Shown here piece by piece: positions 10,836-20,574 of a DNA stretch of 64,000 nt. Every line of letters starts with the position of its first letter. Position 1 is the first letter of the stretch. The position numbers were made by a program, and so were the translations under genes. Location of the stretch: assembly GCA_963727895.1 (NCBI GenBank), contig CAVSHT010000009.1, positions 1 to 64,000 of the forward strand, in the 5' to 3' direction. The notes under the pieces are model-generated. The model was not told where the DNA came from, made no database searches, and worked only from the letters and a program-made list of their open reading frames with translations. The stretch comes from an uncultured Methanosarcinaceae archaeon. Lineage in GTDB: Archaea > Halobacteriota > Methanosarcinia > Methanosarcinales > Methanosarcinaceae.

Positions 10836-11144
10836 ATGAATGATGCCGACGAATCCCATACATCCGACCAAACGGAGGATGTGAAAATAAAAAGAGCATT
10901 GTCCAAAGCGCAGCGAGATGCAGTAGAACAAGCCTTTGTTCTAAATCATATGTATCCTAATAGATGGTTCACGCTGTGCGAACTAAACAAAGTCATTCCT
11001 GTGACGATGGAAGCATTAATTTCAAGAGGGTATATAAGGAAGAAAATAAGTGATGCAAATCCGAAAGTTACTTATTATCAGTATACTGGACTGCCTTTTG
11101 ATGATGAGTTTATAAGTAAGTACTTAATGAATAATAAAATATGA
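10836..11144 (+). CDS. Hypothetical protein, possibly winged-helix
   Basis: 102-aa ORF, WFTLCEL...MEALISRGYI pattern; lies inside accessory island. Confidence 0.5.
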   Translation: MNDADESHTSDQTEDVKIKRALSKAQRDAVEQAFVLNHMYPNRWFTLCELNKVIPVTMEALISRGYIRKKISDANPKVTYYQYTGLPFDDEFISKYLMNNKI

Positions 11145-11489
11145 ATTTTCTTTTTTATTTTGAGTAATGGATTAGTGGAGATGTTTTATTTTTGCTTCAA
11201 CTGATTCGCGGACTTGTCATCGTGTTTAATCCTTGGTTTTTGGATACTTCAAGGATAAAATATATTCTTTTATGATCTTTAAGTTGCCTTGCTAAAGTCA
11301 TTTTGAAGGGAATCGAGTTTATTTCAATGTTGTATTTACTATTCTGTTTTTCTCTAGCTTTCAGAAAAACAGTAAGTAATAACCTCCAAAATTAACTCTT
11401 TGTCCCTCTCAAAAATAGAACAATCTTCTACAGATTCCACAACCGTGCAGAAACATTTATAAAAAACTGTTCTTATTCCTCTTATGTGT

Positions 11490-11948
11490 TATTGTGTTCT
11501 TTCAAAACAATGGATGACTGACTTATATTATTTTTTTTAATTCAGAGGTATTAACATTAAAATTGATGGTTTCATTCCTAATACAATTTAAATCATCTGC
11601 TTTAATGTAAATATTAAATAACTTATAGACTTTACCTTCTGGAAGATATGGAATTGAGTTTAAGTTCTTCTTTTATTTTGAAACAATTATTATAGTCTTA
11701 TCCATGATTTTTTTCCATCTGAATGTTATTGCTTCAATAGATCCTGTATTGTTATTGAAGTTGACTGTAACATTTTTGTTGTCTGCAATAATTTGAACAG
11801 AATCTTTTGCCTGAACATTGTTGTCATATATTGAGTTCGGTTCTATGTCACTCATGTCTTTTGCATAACCTATGCCAGAACTTGCTATCAATACAAAGAC
11901 AGTAAGTACTAATGCTATGAAATCGTTTTTCATTTTCTCAGTCTCCAA
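11490..11948 (-). pseudogene. Degraded secreted protein with PGF-pre-PGF-like domain
   Basis: Signal peptide, then IEAITF..KK..KTIIIV, stop, and a downstream LPEGKVYKLFNIY...INFNV remnant; 3' end approximate. Confidence 0.5.
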
Positions 11949-12267
11949 TTTGAAATGAAATATATTTGTTCTTATACAATTGGTTAATTGGAATGAGCCT
12001 GCAGCTAGTTGATTAATTGAATATTATATTTGATATTCATAGTTTTTGGATGAAATTTCTAACTTATTTTTCTTAAAGTTAAAAACTCTATAATAGGTCT
12101 ACATCGGTTCTGAATCAACATAATTTAAATAAAAATTTTAAAAGTTAACTATAGCTCGCTTGAGAGTTCACTATTCATATCTGGCAATGAGAGCTTTCAA
12201 TATTCATTTCATATAAATAGAATATGTTTATATGAAATTAATTCTTTTTTAATTTAATAATTATTTT

Positions 12268-13008
12268 GGCATTGGTATACAAAAATAGATATTTATGCTT
12301 ATAACATATATTTCTTCATTAACTGCCCAAAATGTAATAGTTCCAGTCACAAAAAGAATGGTATAGTTGGCGGGCGTCAACGCTACAAATGCTCTGATTG
12401 TGGCTATAACTATACAGTAGAGCTAAAATCAACTGCTTTTTCCGCTTCTGTAAAAAGACAGGCTTTACAACTCTATCTTGAAGGATTGGGCTTTCGCTCA
12501 ATAGGAAGAGTTTTAGGGGTAAGTCATGTTTCTGTCCAAAAATGGATAAAGAAATTTGGTCAGGAATTAGAGGCCCTAAAAAGTGAAAATGAGATATCTA
12601 TTGTTGAAATGGATGAAATGCACACTTACATCGGCAACAAAAAAAAATATTGCTGGATCTGGATTGCTGTTGATAGAGTTGGGAAAAAGTTCATCAACTG
12701 CTCTTTTGGTAGCAGAGGAACGGAAACTGGAAAACTACTCTGGGCAAAATTGAAGAAAAAAGAGATTGGAGAAGTGATGACAGATCACTGGAGGGCATAT
12801 GCAGAGTTTCTTCCAGAAAAGAGTCATACTCAATCAAAAGCAGAAACGTATACTGTTGAAGGATATAACAGCATATTGAGGCATTTTCTAGCAAGGTTGA
12901 GAAGAAAGACAAAGTGTTATACGAAGAGTCTTGAAATGCTAAAGTACTCGGTTATTCTATTGATGAAATACAGAAATAAAGAACTAGATCTATTTAAGTA
13001 ACAATACC
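12268..13008 (+). mobile_element. IS1-family element copy 2 (741 bp)
   Basis: Same ends as copy 1; 8-bp TSD ATTATTTT (12260-12267, 13009-13016). Confidence 0.93.
12318..13001 (+). CDS. IS1 transposase, InsA-InsB fused in one frame, ATT at start position
   Basis: Open from ATT 12318 (NCPKC...YKCSDC zinc ribbon, HTH, DDE) to TAA 13001; A9 run removes the need for frameshifting. Confidence 0.7.
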   Translation: MNCPKCNSSSHKKNGIVGGRQRYKCSDCGYNYTVELKSTAFSASVKRQALQLYLEGLGFRSIGRVLGVSHVSVQKWIKKFGQELEALKSENEISIVEMDEMHTYIGNKKKYCWIWIAVDRVGKKFINCSFGSRGTETGKLLWAKLKKKEIGEVMTDHWRAYAEFLPEKSHTQSKAETYTVEGYNSILRHFLARLRRKTKCYTKSLEMLKYSVILLMKYRNKELDLFK

Positions 13009-13035
13009 ATTATTTTTTACTGAGAACGATTTACA

Positions 13036-14042
13036 ATGGGCTATATATTAAAAGATGAGTTGAATCAGTTTTGGAATAATGCAAAAAAAGAAATGAAGCA
13101 ACTCTATGAAAAGATAAAGCAACATCCATTAACTTGTCTAATCTGTATAATTGTTATTTTCATTGCTTTATTATCATTAATTGTGCTTCCATATTGGCGA
13201 GTAACTCAATTTGGAATAACAAATCCAAAAGACTTTGCTGATGCTGAAAATAGTTACCGAGCTACTATCGCTCAAATATTAGGTGGCATTGCTATTGCTA
13301 TTGGGATTTATTTTGCGTGGGGAAATCTTACAACTGCTAGAGAAGGACAGATTACTGAGCGTTTTACTAGGGCTGTTGATCAGTTAGGAAATCCATCTAT
13401 AGAGATTCTATTAGGTGGAATTTATGCACTTGAAAGAATTGCAAATGAATCTGAAAAAGATTATTGGCCAATTATGGAAATTTTGACTGCTTATGTTAGG
13501 AAAAACTCACCAGTTGAAATATCTGAAAGCCAAGAGAAGGTATCTTCGGATATTCAAACAATTCTTACCGTTATTGGAAAACGCAACTATAAAGAATACG
13601 AACCTACATCACCCTTTATAGACCCGTTTCGTCAACATAAACACTTAAATTTAAGTCAGACATGTCTAAATGGAGCTGACTTTTATGGAGTTCATCTTGA
13701 AGGGGTTTATTTTGTAGCGTCTCAGCTAAATGGAGCTGACTTTGAGAAGAGTTATCTTCAAGGAACTAACTTTGGAGAGGCTCATCTTGATAACGCTTTC
13801 TTTGGGGGATCTCATCTTCAAGGAACCTACTTTGGAGATGCTTACCTTGAAGAGGCTCATTTTGTGTCACCTATATTTTAAGGAGCTCATTTTGTATGGA
13901 CTATGTTCCATAGAGCTAATCTTAAAGGAGCTCATTTTGAAACTACTCATGTTTCATCAGCTAATTTTGAGGAAGCTTGTCTTAAAGGGGCTCACTTTGA
14001 AGAAGCAAATTTTAAAAAGATTCATGTTGAATTAGTTTCGAC
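13036..14042 (+). pseudogene. Membrane-anchored pentapeptide-repeat protein, nonsense codon plus IS6 truncation
   Basis: Two TM helices, ITERFTRAVDQLG...GGIYALERIA motif, A(D/H/N)(F/L)xx repeats; in-frame TAA 13879-13881; cut by IS6 at 14043. Confidence 0.85.
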
Positions 14043-14899
14043 GGTTCCGTTGCAAAAAATATCTGCTAAGGATATAATTAAAATAAAAATGAAATCAAAG
14101 ATAGTGATATGCTATCTAATTCCTTTAAATGGAAGCACTTTGTTGGTGAAATTATTTTATTGAATGTTAGATGGTACTTAAAATACCCACTTAGTTATAG
14201 AAATTTAAAGGAAATGATGGCAGAAAGAGGGATAATAGTCAACCATACAACCATTATGAGATGGGTACATCAATATTCACCTGAAATCGAAAAGAAGGTC
14301 AGAAGGCATTTAAGACCAACAAACGATTCTTGGAGAGTTGATGAAACTTATATCAGAGTTAAAGGTGAATGGAAATATTTTTACCGAGCAGTTGACTTAA
14401 ATGGAGATACAATTGATTTCATGTTAAGTGCAAAACGAAATAAAAAAGCAGCGAACAGATTCTTCAAAAAAGCTTTGAACTCTAATCATAATCAAATTCC
14501 AAGAGTAATCACAGTTGACAAAAATCCAGCTTATCCACCTGCTATAGATAAACTGAAAAATGATAAAATACTACCTATAAACGTAGGCATTCGACAAATC
14601 AAATATTTGAATAACATTATAGAACAAGATCATAGATCCATTAAACGAATAGTTAATCCAATGTTAGGATTTCAGTCTTTTCATACAGCCACTAAAACTT
14701 TAAAAGGAATTGAAGCTATGAATATGATTAAAAAAGGACAAATCAAGAACTTAAATTACTCTGGCTTTAATGAAGCTAAATATATTTATCAATTATTTGG
14801 AATAGTTCTATAATATTGACATATCTTTTTGAATATTTTAACTTTTATTCATTATTCATAGATTTGCAGGCTTATTCTAAGATTTTTTGCAACGGAACC
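14043..14899 (+). mobile_element. IS6-family element copy B (857 bp), inverted relative to copy A
   Basis: Same IRs; transposase differs from copy A at one residue (VDLNG vs VDSNG); no TSD. Confidence 0.95.
14109..14813 (+). CDS. IS6-family DDE transposase
   Basis: Near-identical to 9310-10014. Confidence 0.95.
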   Translation: MLSNSFKWKHFVGEIILLNVRWYLKYPLSYRNLKEMMAERGIIVNHTTIMRWVHQYSPEIEKKVRRHLRPTNDSWRVDETYIRVKGEWKYFYRAVDLNGDTIDFMLSAKRNKKAANRFFKKALNSNHNQIPRVITVDKNPAYPPAIDKLKNDKILPINVGIRQIKYLNNIIEQDHRSIKRIVNPMLGFQSFHTATKTLKGIEAMNMIKKGQIKNLNYSGFNEAKYIYQLFGIVL

Positions 14900-15659
14900 A
14901 TAAAAAGAGTAAAATCACTGTATGATGTATTTACATAATCTGGTGTGAAATAATCGTATACTGCAACTTTACCATCTACAGCGTAAAATCCATCATTATC
15001 TTTTAATTGTGTGCCGTCCAGGTTATTATAAAAAAGTGCGGCAGCTAAACATTCTTTGTCTTTAAGATTATATGTATCAAATGCCATATGGATTCTCACA
15101 CCTTTGAGACCACCATTTCAAACACCATTTTCGGACCATACATGGCTTATTTTTGCAGATTGTGCATATTCATTATCTATTTGAGAGTATCATTAGATTC
15201 TACTTGAGAGGTATCATTAGACATTAGAATAGGTGATAATGAAAGCGTTTTATCAGGATCAACACTTATATGCTGAGACCAATCATTATATCCCGTGAGT
15301 TTTAAGGCAAGTACATGCGAGCCTTGCTCAACATTTTCTACATTCTTTGGTGTTTCACCTTTGTAAGTATCATCTAAATAAATAATGGCACCATTATTGA
15401 AGGTAACTATATTAGAACTTTGATTAACGTTTTCTAAAATATGTGGTGATTCAACTTTATAACTATCCTCTCGATAAATATCAGAACCATTGGGAGAAAA
15501 AGCAACTGAGATATTACCTGTTGTAACAATAGGTTTCTCTATTGATGAAGTGTTAGCGTCTTGCAGAGCAAATTCATGAGTGATTAAACCAGCTAAAGCG
15601 ATACATAGAGCGAGGATGCCAATTATTATTTGCCAAAATCCCCATTCTCGATTACCCAT
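14900..15659 (-). pseudogene. Membrane-anchored PEGA-domain surface protein, frameshifted and IS6-truncated
   Basis: N-terminal TM, GAIIYLDDTYKGETP...GSHVLALKLTGY PEGA motif; 1-bp loss in second SNDTSQ repeat (~15187), in-frame TGA near 15119, cut at 14899. Confidence 0.75.
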
Positions 15660-16152
15660 ATTTTATCTCCTATAAATCAAAACGTCTCTATTTATCTGAT
15701 AATACTTTGATACAAGAGGACATGTGTTTAGTAGTACACATTTTTTAGTAACAAGCCAACGGAATAGTATATGAAGTTACAATATGTTGAATAAGTTGAT
15801 TTATTTTAGTTACATTTGAAAAATTTAAATTATTTATGGTATTAAGAAATTTATCTAATATTAGAAGATTAATTAAAGTAAATTTAAAGTAAAGTTAAAG
15901 TAAATTTGACGTAAATTAAAAAAAGCGGATTTTTAAAAAATTTTATATTTAGATCGGACTTTTATAAATTTAATAGAATATTAACACAAAATTAATAATT
16001 TAGATTAAACTGTTTTCATATGAATAACAAATGAACAAATATAAGTTAGGGAATAAAGAAGGACAATGAACGGTTGAATTGCTTTTATTGAACCGGGTTC
16101 AATTTGTCATAACAACTCTGTTCCATTTATTATGAATAAGGAAGATGTCGGA

Positions 16153-17400
16153 ATGGCTGAATACTGTACATATGAAAAATATGTATTTAAAAAGAAGCTT
16201 GAAACTCTAATAAATAAAAGTGGAAAGAGCACAGAATTAATTTCCCTTTATATTCCTTTTGATAAACAAATTCAAGATGTTATAAATCGTTTGAAAGAAG
16301 AGTATGAGAAAGCCTTAAACATTGAATCTAAACTTACTAGAAATAACGTACTGGGAGCACTTAATTCATTGTTGGCAAAATTAAGATATCTTAACAAACT
16401 CCCAGAAAATTGAATAGTTTATTTTACAGGAACTGTCGATACCGGAGCTAACAAAACAAGCATGTTAAGCGAAGTTCTTATTCCCCCAGAACCTGTTGTA
16501 CATTATATATATCACTGCGACTTCGTTTTTTATCTTGAACCTCTTGAGGAAATGCTTAGAGAGTGCAGTACTTATGGACTTATACTTCTTGATTTAAGAG
16601 AAGCAACTCTCGGAATGCTTGTAGGTAAGCAAATTGAAGTTATCAAACATCTCCACTCTACTGTCCCTGGAAAACAAAGAAAAGGAGGTCAGAGTGCACA
16701 TCGTTTTGAACAACTTAGACGCATTTCTATTCATGATTTTTACAAAAGAATAGGGGATGCTGCAAGTGAGGCGTTCCTTGAAATAGAACCATTTGAATTT
16801 AAAGGTATTCTTATAGGGGGGCATTCTCCAACTAAAGAAGAGTTCAACGAAGGTGAATTTCTACATTATGAGCTTCGAAAAAAGGTTATTGGATTGTTTG
16901 ATACTGGGTATACGGATGAATCAGGTTTTTCGGAGTTAATAAATGCAGCAGAGGATACGCTACAGGGCATCGACTTAATTAAACAAAAGAAAGAGATGGA
17001 AATATTTTTTAAAGAACTCGCAACTGATTCTGATAAAGTTTCCTATGGAGAAAACAATGTACGAGCGAATCTTGAAATAAAAGCAGTTGACGTTCTTTTA
17101 CTTTCAGAAGACCTGAGATCTGAAAGAGTAACTATCAAATGCAACGCTTGTGGATACGAAAATAAATGGGAAAGAAAATGGAAAAACGATGAAGCTGTTC
17201 CTGTGCCAGGAAATTGTCCGGAATGTAGTTCTGCACTTGAACTCACGGATGTTATTGAGATAGTTGGTGAACTCTCAGAACTCGCTGATAAAGGCAATGC
17301 AAGAATTGCTTTTATATCAACAGATTTTAACGAAGGCTCTCAACTTATGATAGCTTTTGGAGGAATTGCTGCAATCCTTAGATATAGTACAGAGGTATAG
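16153..17400 (+). pseudogene. prf1: Peptide chain release factor aRF1 paralog with one in-frame TGA
   Basis: TELISLYIP, YHCDFVF, GKQRKGGQSAHRF, CxxC...CxxC minidomain, FGGIAAILRY; ORFs 16132-16413 and 16462-17400 share a frame, separated only by TGA 16411-16413; NIKS reads NIES. Confidence 0.85.
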
Positions 17401-17614
17401 TTCATAAGTTAATGAATTTAAGGCTCCATAGAAATAACCTGAGACAATAAACCTCAATTAATTTAGACTTAATGTTTTGATGTGTTTTTATTTATTCAAT
17501 TTTGCTTCTTGTATTCGATTAAGATAGTTTTTCTTCAAAGTAGAGATTTTCCATTTGTATTCAAGAATTTTAATATTTATAGAAGGGAGTAAAATTCAGG
17601 ACAAAAAATATTTT

Positions 17615-18205
17615 TTAAGCAAAGTCCTGTCTAGCCTTGCGAACGGCAGCTAATCCTTTCCAATCTTCCAGATCAAGTTCCGGTTTTTCAGCCCGATATT
17701 TAGCATACAATGCTACTCCCACAGAATCTTCAAGGATATCGACTTTGATTCCCTTCTGGCACAGCATCCGTTCATTGCCCGATGCGTTAGTAACATCGCC
17801 TACAACTACACGGTCAAACTGGCGCATAGATATCAAGGTTGCACAAACATCACAGGGACTGAGCGTAGTGAATAGCGTTGTATTGCTGAAGTCCTGCCTT
17901 CCTGCATCACATATGGCTGAAGTTTCACCGTGATTGTAAGGGTCATTATCCTTCACAAGCGTATTGTGCCCTTTACCAATAATCCGGCGTGTATTATTAT
18001 AGATGATTACCCCTCCTATAGGACAGCCACCTTCATTGTAGCTTTTTTGTGCAAGTAAAACTGCTATACGCATAACATCGCTGTCGCTCAGTTTTAAGAA
18101 GAATTCATCTTCAACTATTGCAGGCAGACTCCTGGTAGGTAAATAGGCAATGACATTAAGCAACTCTTCTGTAACAGGCATGTCTTTTGTAACGAAGTGT
18201 TTCAT
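17615..18205 (-). CDS. Zinc-dependent nucleoside/cytosine deaminase
   Basis: PIGGV, HGE, TTLSPCDVC motifs. Confidence 0.88.
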   Translation of the reverse strand: MKHFVTKDMPVTEELLNVIAYLPTRSLPAIVEDEFFLKLSDSDVMRIAVLLAQKSYNEGGCPIGGVIIYNNTRRIIGKGHNTLVKDNDPYNHGETSAICDAGRQDFSNTTLFTTLSPCDVCATLISMRQFDRVVVGDVTNASGNERMLCQKGIKVDILEDSVGVALYAKYRAEKPELDLEDWKGLAAVRKARQDFA

Positions 18206-18617
18206 AGGCTCCCCCGTTTCAAATTAAGATATCATTTTTTCGGCATAAATAAAGCATAAAACTTGGTCAGTGCCAAATTTTGTCATATAATTATATTAAC
18301 AATTTTAAAGTAAATTCCAGAGGATTATTACGGATTTTTATTTAGACATGTGAAAATTTGGATAAAATAGATTCAAATTGGTGGAGAAACATACTTTGTA
18401 GAGCACTTATAAAGATATAAGGAGACTGTCCAGATAATTTTTTTGTGTACTTTTAGTGGGGAAGATGGTAAATTATGGTATTAAAGAAATATGTTATAGC
18501 TTTCTGAGCAAAGAAATGAAAATTGGGATAGTAATTGTTAAATAATAATAAATATCATTTAGTAATAGATGTTATGTATTTCTAGATAAACCTGCTTTCA
18601 CAGGTAATTATGGATGG

Positions 18618-19037
18618 ATGGCAATGAAAGACACAGAGAAAGCTGACATGAAATATACAAACCAGAGAGTTGAAATACTTGCTTTCCTGCGCGAACACGA
18701 AGGTCATCCCACTGTAGACGAAGTTTATGAGGGAGTTAGAAAAAAGCTAACGCGTATAAGCAAGGCTACCGTATATAAAAATCTTAAATTCCTTACAGAA
18801 AAAGGATTACTGGAGGAGGTAAATGTAAAAGGGGTCTCAAGATTTGAAGCTAACTTCATTCCACATCACCACCTAATCTGCCGAGAGTGTGGAAGTATGG
18901 AGGATTTTAATTCGGAACAATTGTTGGATTACTCAATGAAGATAGCTGAGGAAATAGAAGGATTTGATATTGTTTCAACGAGCACTAACTTCTATGGCAT
19001 ATGCAAGAATTGTAAGGAATCCAGGAAAGAAACATAA
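18618..19037 (+). CDS. Fur/PerR-family transcriptional regulator
   Basis: TNQR, HPTVDEVY, ATVYKNL, HHHLICREC, GICKNC. Confidence 0.92.
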   Translation: MAMKDTEKADMKYTNQRVEILAFLREHEGHPTVDEVYEGVRKKLTRISKATVYKNLKFLTEKGLLEEVNVKGVSRFEANFIPHHHLICRECGSMEDFNSEQLLDYSMKIAEEIEGFDIVSTSTNFYGICKNCKESRKET

Positions 19038-19223
19038 ATTGAGCAGAACATCAAGGGGGAACAGTGTTCTATCCGTGTGTACAATAATACTCCTTTTAGA
19101 TGGTCAAATATAAAGATCCAGTTACATAAGACAATGATTCAGATTCTCACAGATTAGATTGAACACGAAGATGATCTGCAAGCCATAATGGAAGAAATTG
19201 GCTTGTTTCAGCATAAATATTGA
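19038..19223 (+). pseudogene. C-terminal remnant of a ferritin-like (DpsL/bacterioferritin) gene
   Basis: Fragments IKGEQCSIRVY, MVKYKDPVT, IQILTD*IEHEDDLQAI across frameshifts and stops; N-terminus absent. Confidence 0.65.
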
Positions 19224-19257
19224 TCTTATGCGGTAAATAATAAAACAAGGGATATGA

Positions 19258-20574
19258 ATGTTAGAGTTGCTTTTATTAAGCCGGCTTCAATTTGCCATAA
19301 CAGCTGCGTTCCATTTCCTATTCGTTCCACTAACGTTGGGATTAGCATTATTAGTGGCAGTCATGGAAACAGTATACTATAAAAATAAAGATGAAACCTG
19401 GCGGAAGATGGCTGACTTCTGGGGTAATATATTCAAGATAAACTTTGCGATAGGTCTGGTATCAGGTATTACACTGACTTTTCAGTTAGGAACTAACTGG
19501 GGTGCCTATGCAGAATTCATGGGGGATGTATTTGGACCACCTTTAGCTGTTGAAGCATTACTGGCTTTCTTCCTTGAAGGCACTTTCCTTGGAGCGTGGA
19601 TCTTCCTGGACCATAAACGTCAGAAATTAAAGGCATTTTTCATGTGGATGGTCGCTCTGGGTACTAACATATCTTCATTATGGATTATCATTGCTAACGG
19701 TTTTATGCAGCATCCCGTAGGCTATAAAATGGCTACCGATGGGAGTAAGGTGATTATGAATGATTTCTTTGCTCTGATTACAAATGGCTATGTGTGGTAC
19801 ATGCTGATACATACCCTGCTTTCAGCTTACCTGTTGACATCATTCGTGATCATGGGAATCTGTGCATATCATTTCCTTAAAGGGAATAACAATAAAGTGT
19901 TCAAGAAATCTTTCAGCATAGCAGTTACTATAGCGCTTGCTACTGCAGTCATGCTTCCAGTTCTTGGTCATGGTTATGCACAATATGTTGCCGCGCTTCA
20001 ACCTACCAAAGGAGCAGCAATGGATGCGATATGGGAAACAGGTTCCTCAGTGCCTATGTATCTGATACAGGTGCCTGATTCAAGCACAGGTTCCAATAGT
20101 GTTCAGTTGCTGGGAATTCCAGGTCTTGCAAGTTTTCTATACACAGGAAAGTTCAGCGGAACCATAACAGGACTTAATCAGCTACCTAAGGATGAATTAC
20201 CACCTGTAGAAATGATATTTTGGAGCTTTAGGCTGATGACAATTCTGGGATCTCTGTTCATCATAGAGGCTCTTATAGGCTCATATCTTCAAAAATCAGG
20301 CAAGCTATACACATCAAAAAAATACCTAAAATTGATGATGTGGTCTATTTCTCTTCCATATATTGCCATTACTGCTGGCTGGATTGTAGCTGAAGTAGGA
20401 AGGCAGCCATGGATGGTGTATGGTTTGCTAAAGACAGCTAATGGTGTATCACTGGTACCCACATCAAATGTCTTGTTAAGTATGATCCTTATTAGTGCAT
20501 TTTATCTGATCCTGCTGATCTTTGAGATATACCTCATAAAGAAAACCGTAGTCAATGCAACAGGAGTTGAGTGA
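19258..20574 (+). CDS. cydA: Cytochrome bd oxidase subunit I
   Basis: LSRLQFA..FH, FQLGTNW, AFFLE, IHT, FRLM, EVGRQPW motifs; multi-TM. Confidence 0.95.
   Translation: MLELLLLSRLQFAITAAFHFLFVPLTLGLALLVAVMETVYYKNKDETWRKMADFWGNIFKINFAIGLVSGITLTFQLGTNWGAYAEFMGDVFGPPLAVEALLAFFLEGTFLGAWIFLDHKRQKLKAFFMWMVALGTNISSLWIIIANGFMQHPVGYKMATDGSKVIMNDFFALITNGYVWYMLIHTLLSAYLLTSFVIMGICAYHFLKGNNNKVFKKSFSIAVTIALATAVMLPVLGHGYAQYVAALQPTKGAAMDAIWETGSSVPMYLIQVPDSSTGSNSVQLLGIPGLASFLYTGKFSGTITGLNQLPKDELPPVEMIFWSFRLMTILGSLFIIEALIGSYLQKSGKLYTSKKYLKLMMWSISLPYIAITAGWIVAEVGRQPWMVYGLLKTANGVSLVPTSNVLLSMILISAFYLILLIFEIYLIKKTVVNATGVE

Noticed and set aside
9224..14899. Imported composite transposon
   Set aside because: No flanking TSD, and the enclosed DNA continues genes lying outside the IS pair, so it is native sequence
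15875..15917. 11-bp AAAGTAAATTT-like repeats (also small duplications near 6742-6766 and 24915-24968)
   Set aside because: Low-complexity slippage duplications common in AT-rich spacers; no functional cue
16094..16102. attR copy of the tRNA-Thr 3' end (CGGGTTCAA)
   Set aside because: Only 9 bp match and it does not extend; better explained as half of a palindrome
16411..16413. Selenocysteine codon in aRF1
   Set aside because: Position corresponds to Gly, not Cys; Methanosarcina are not known to use selenocysteine; no SECIS recognised
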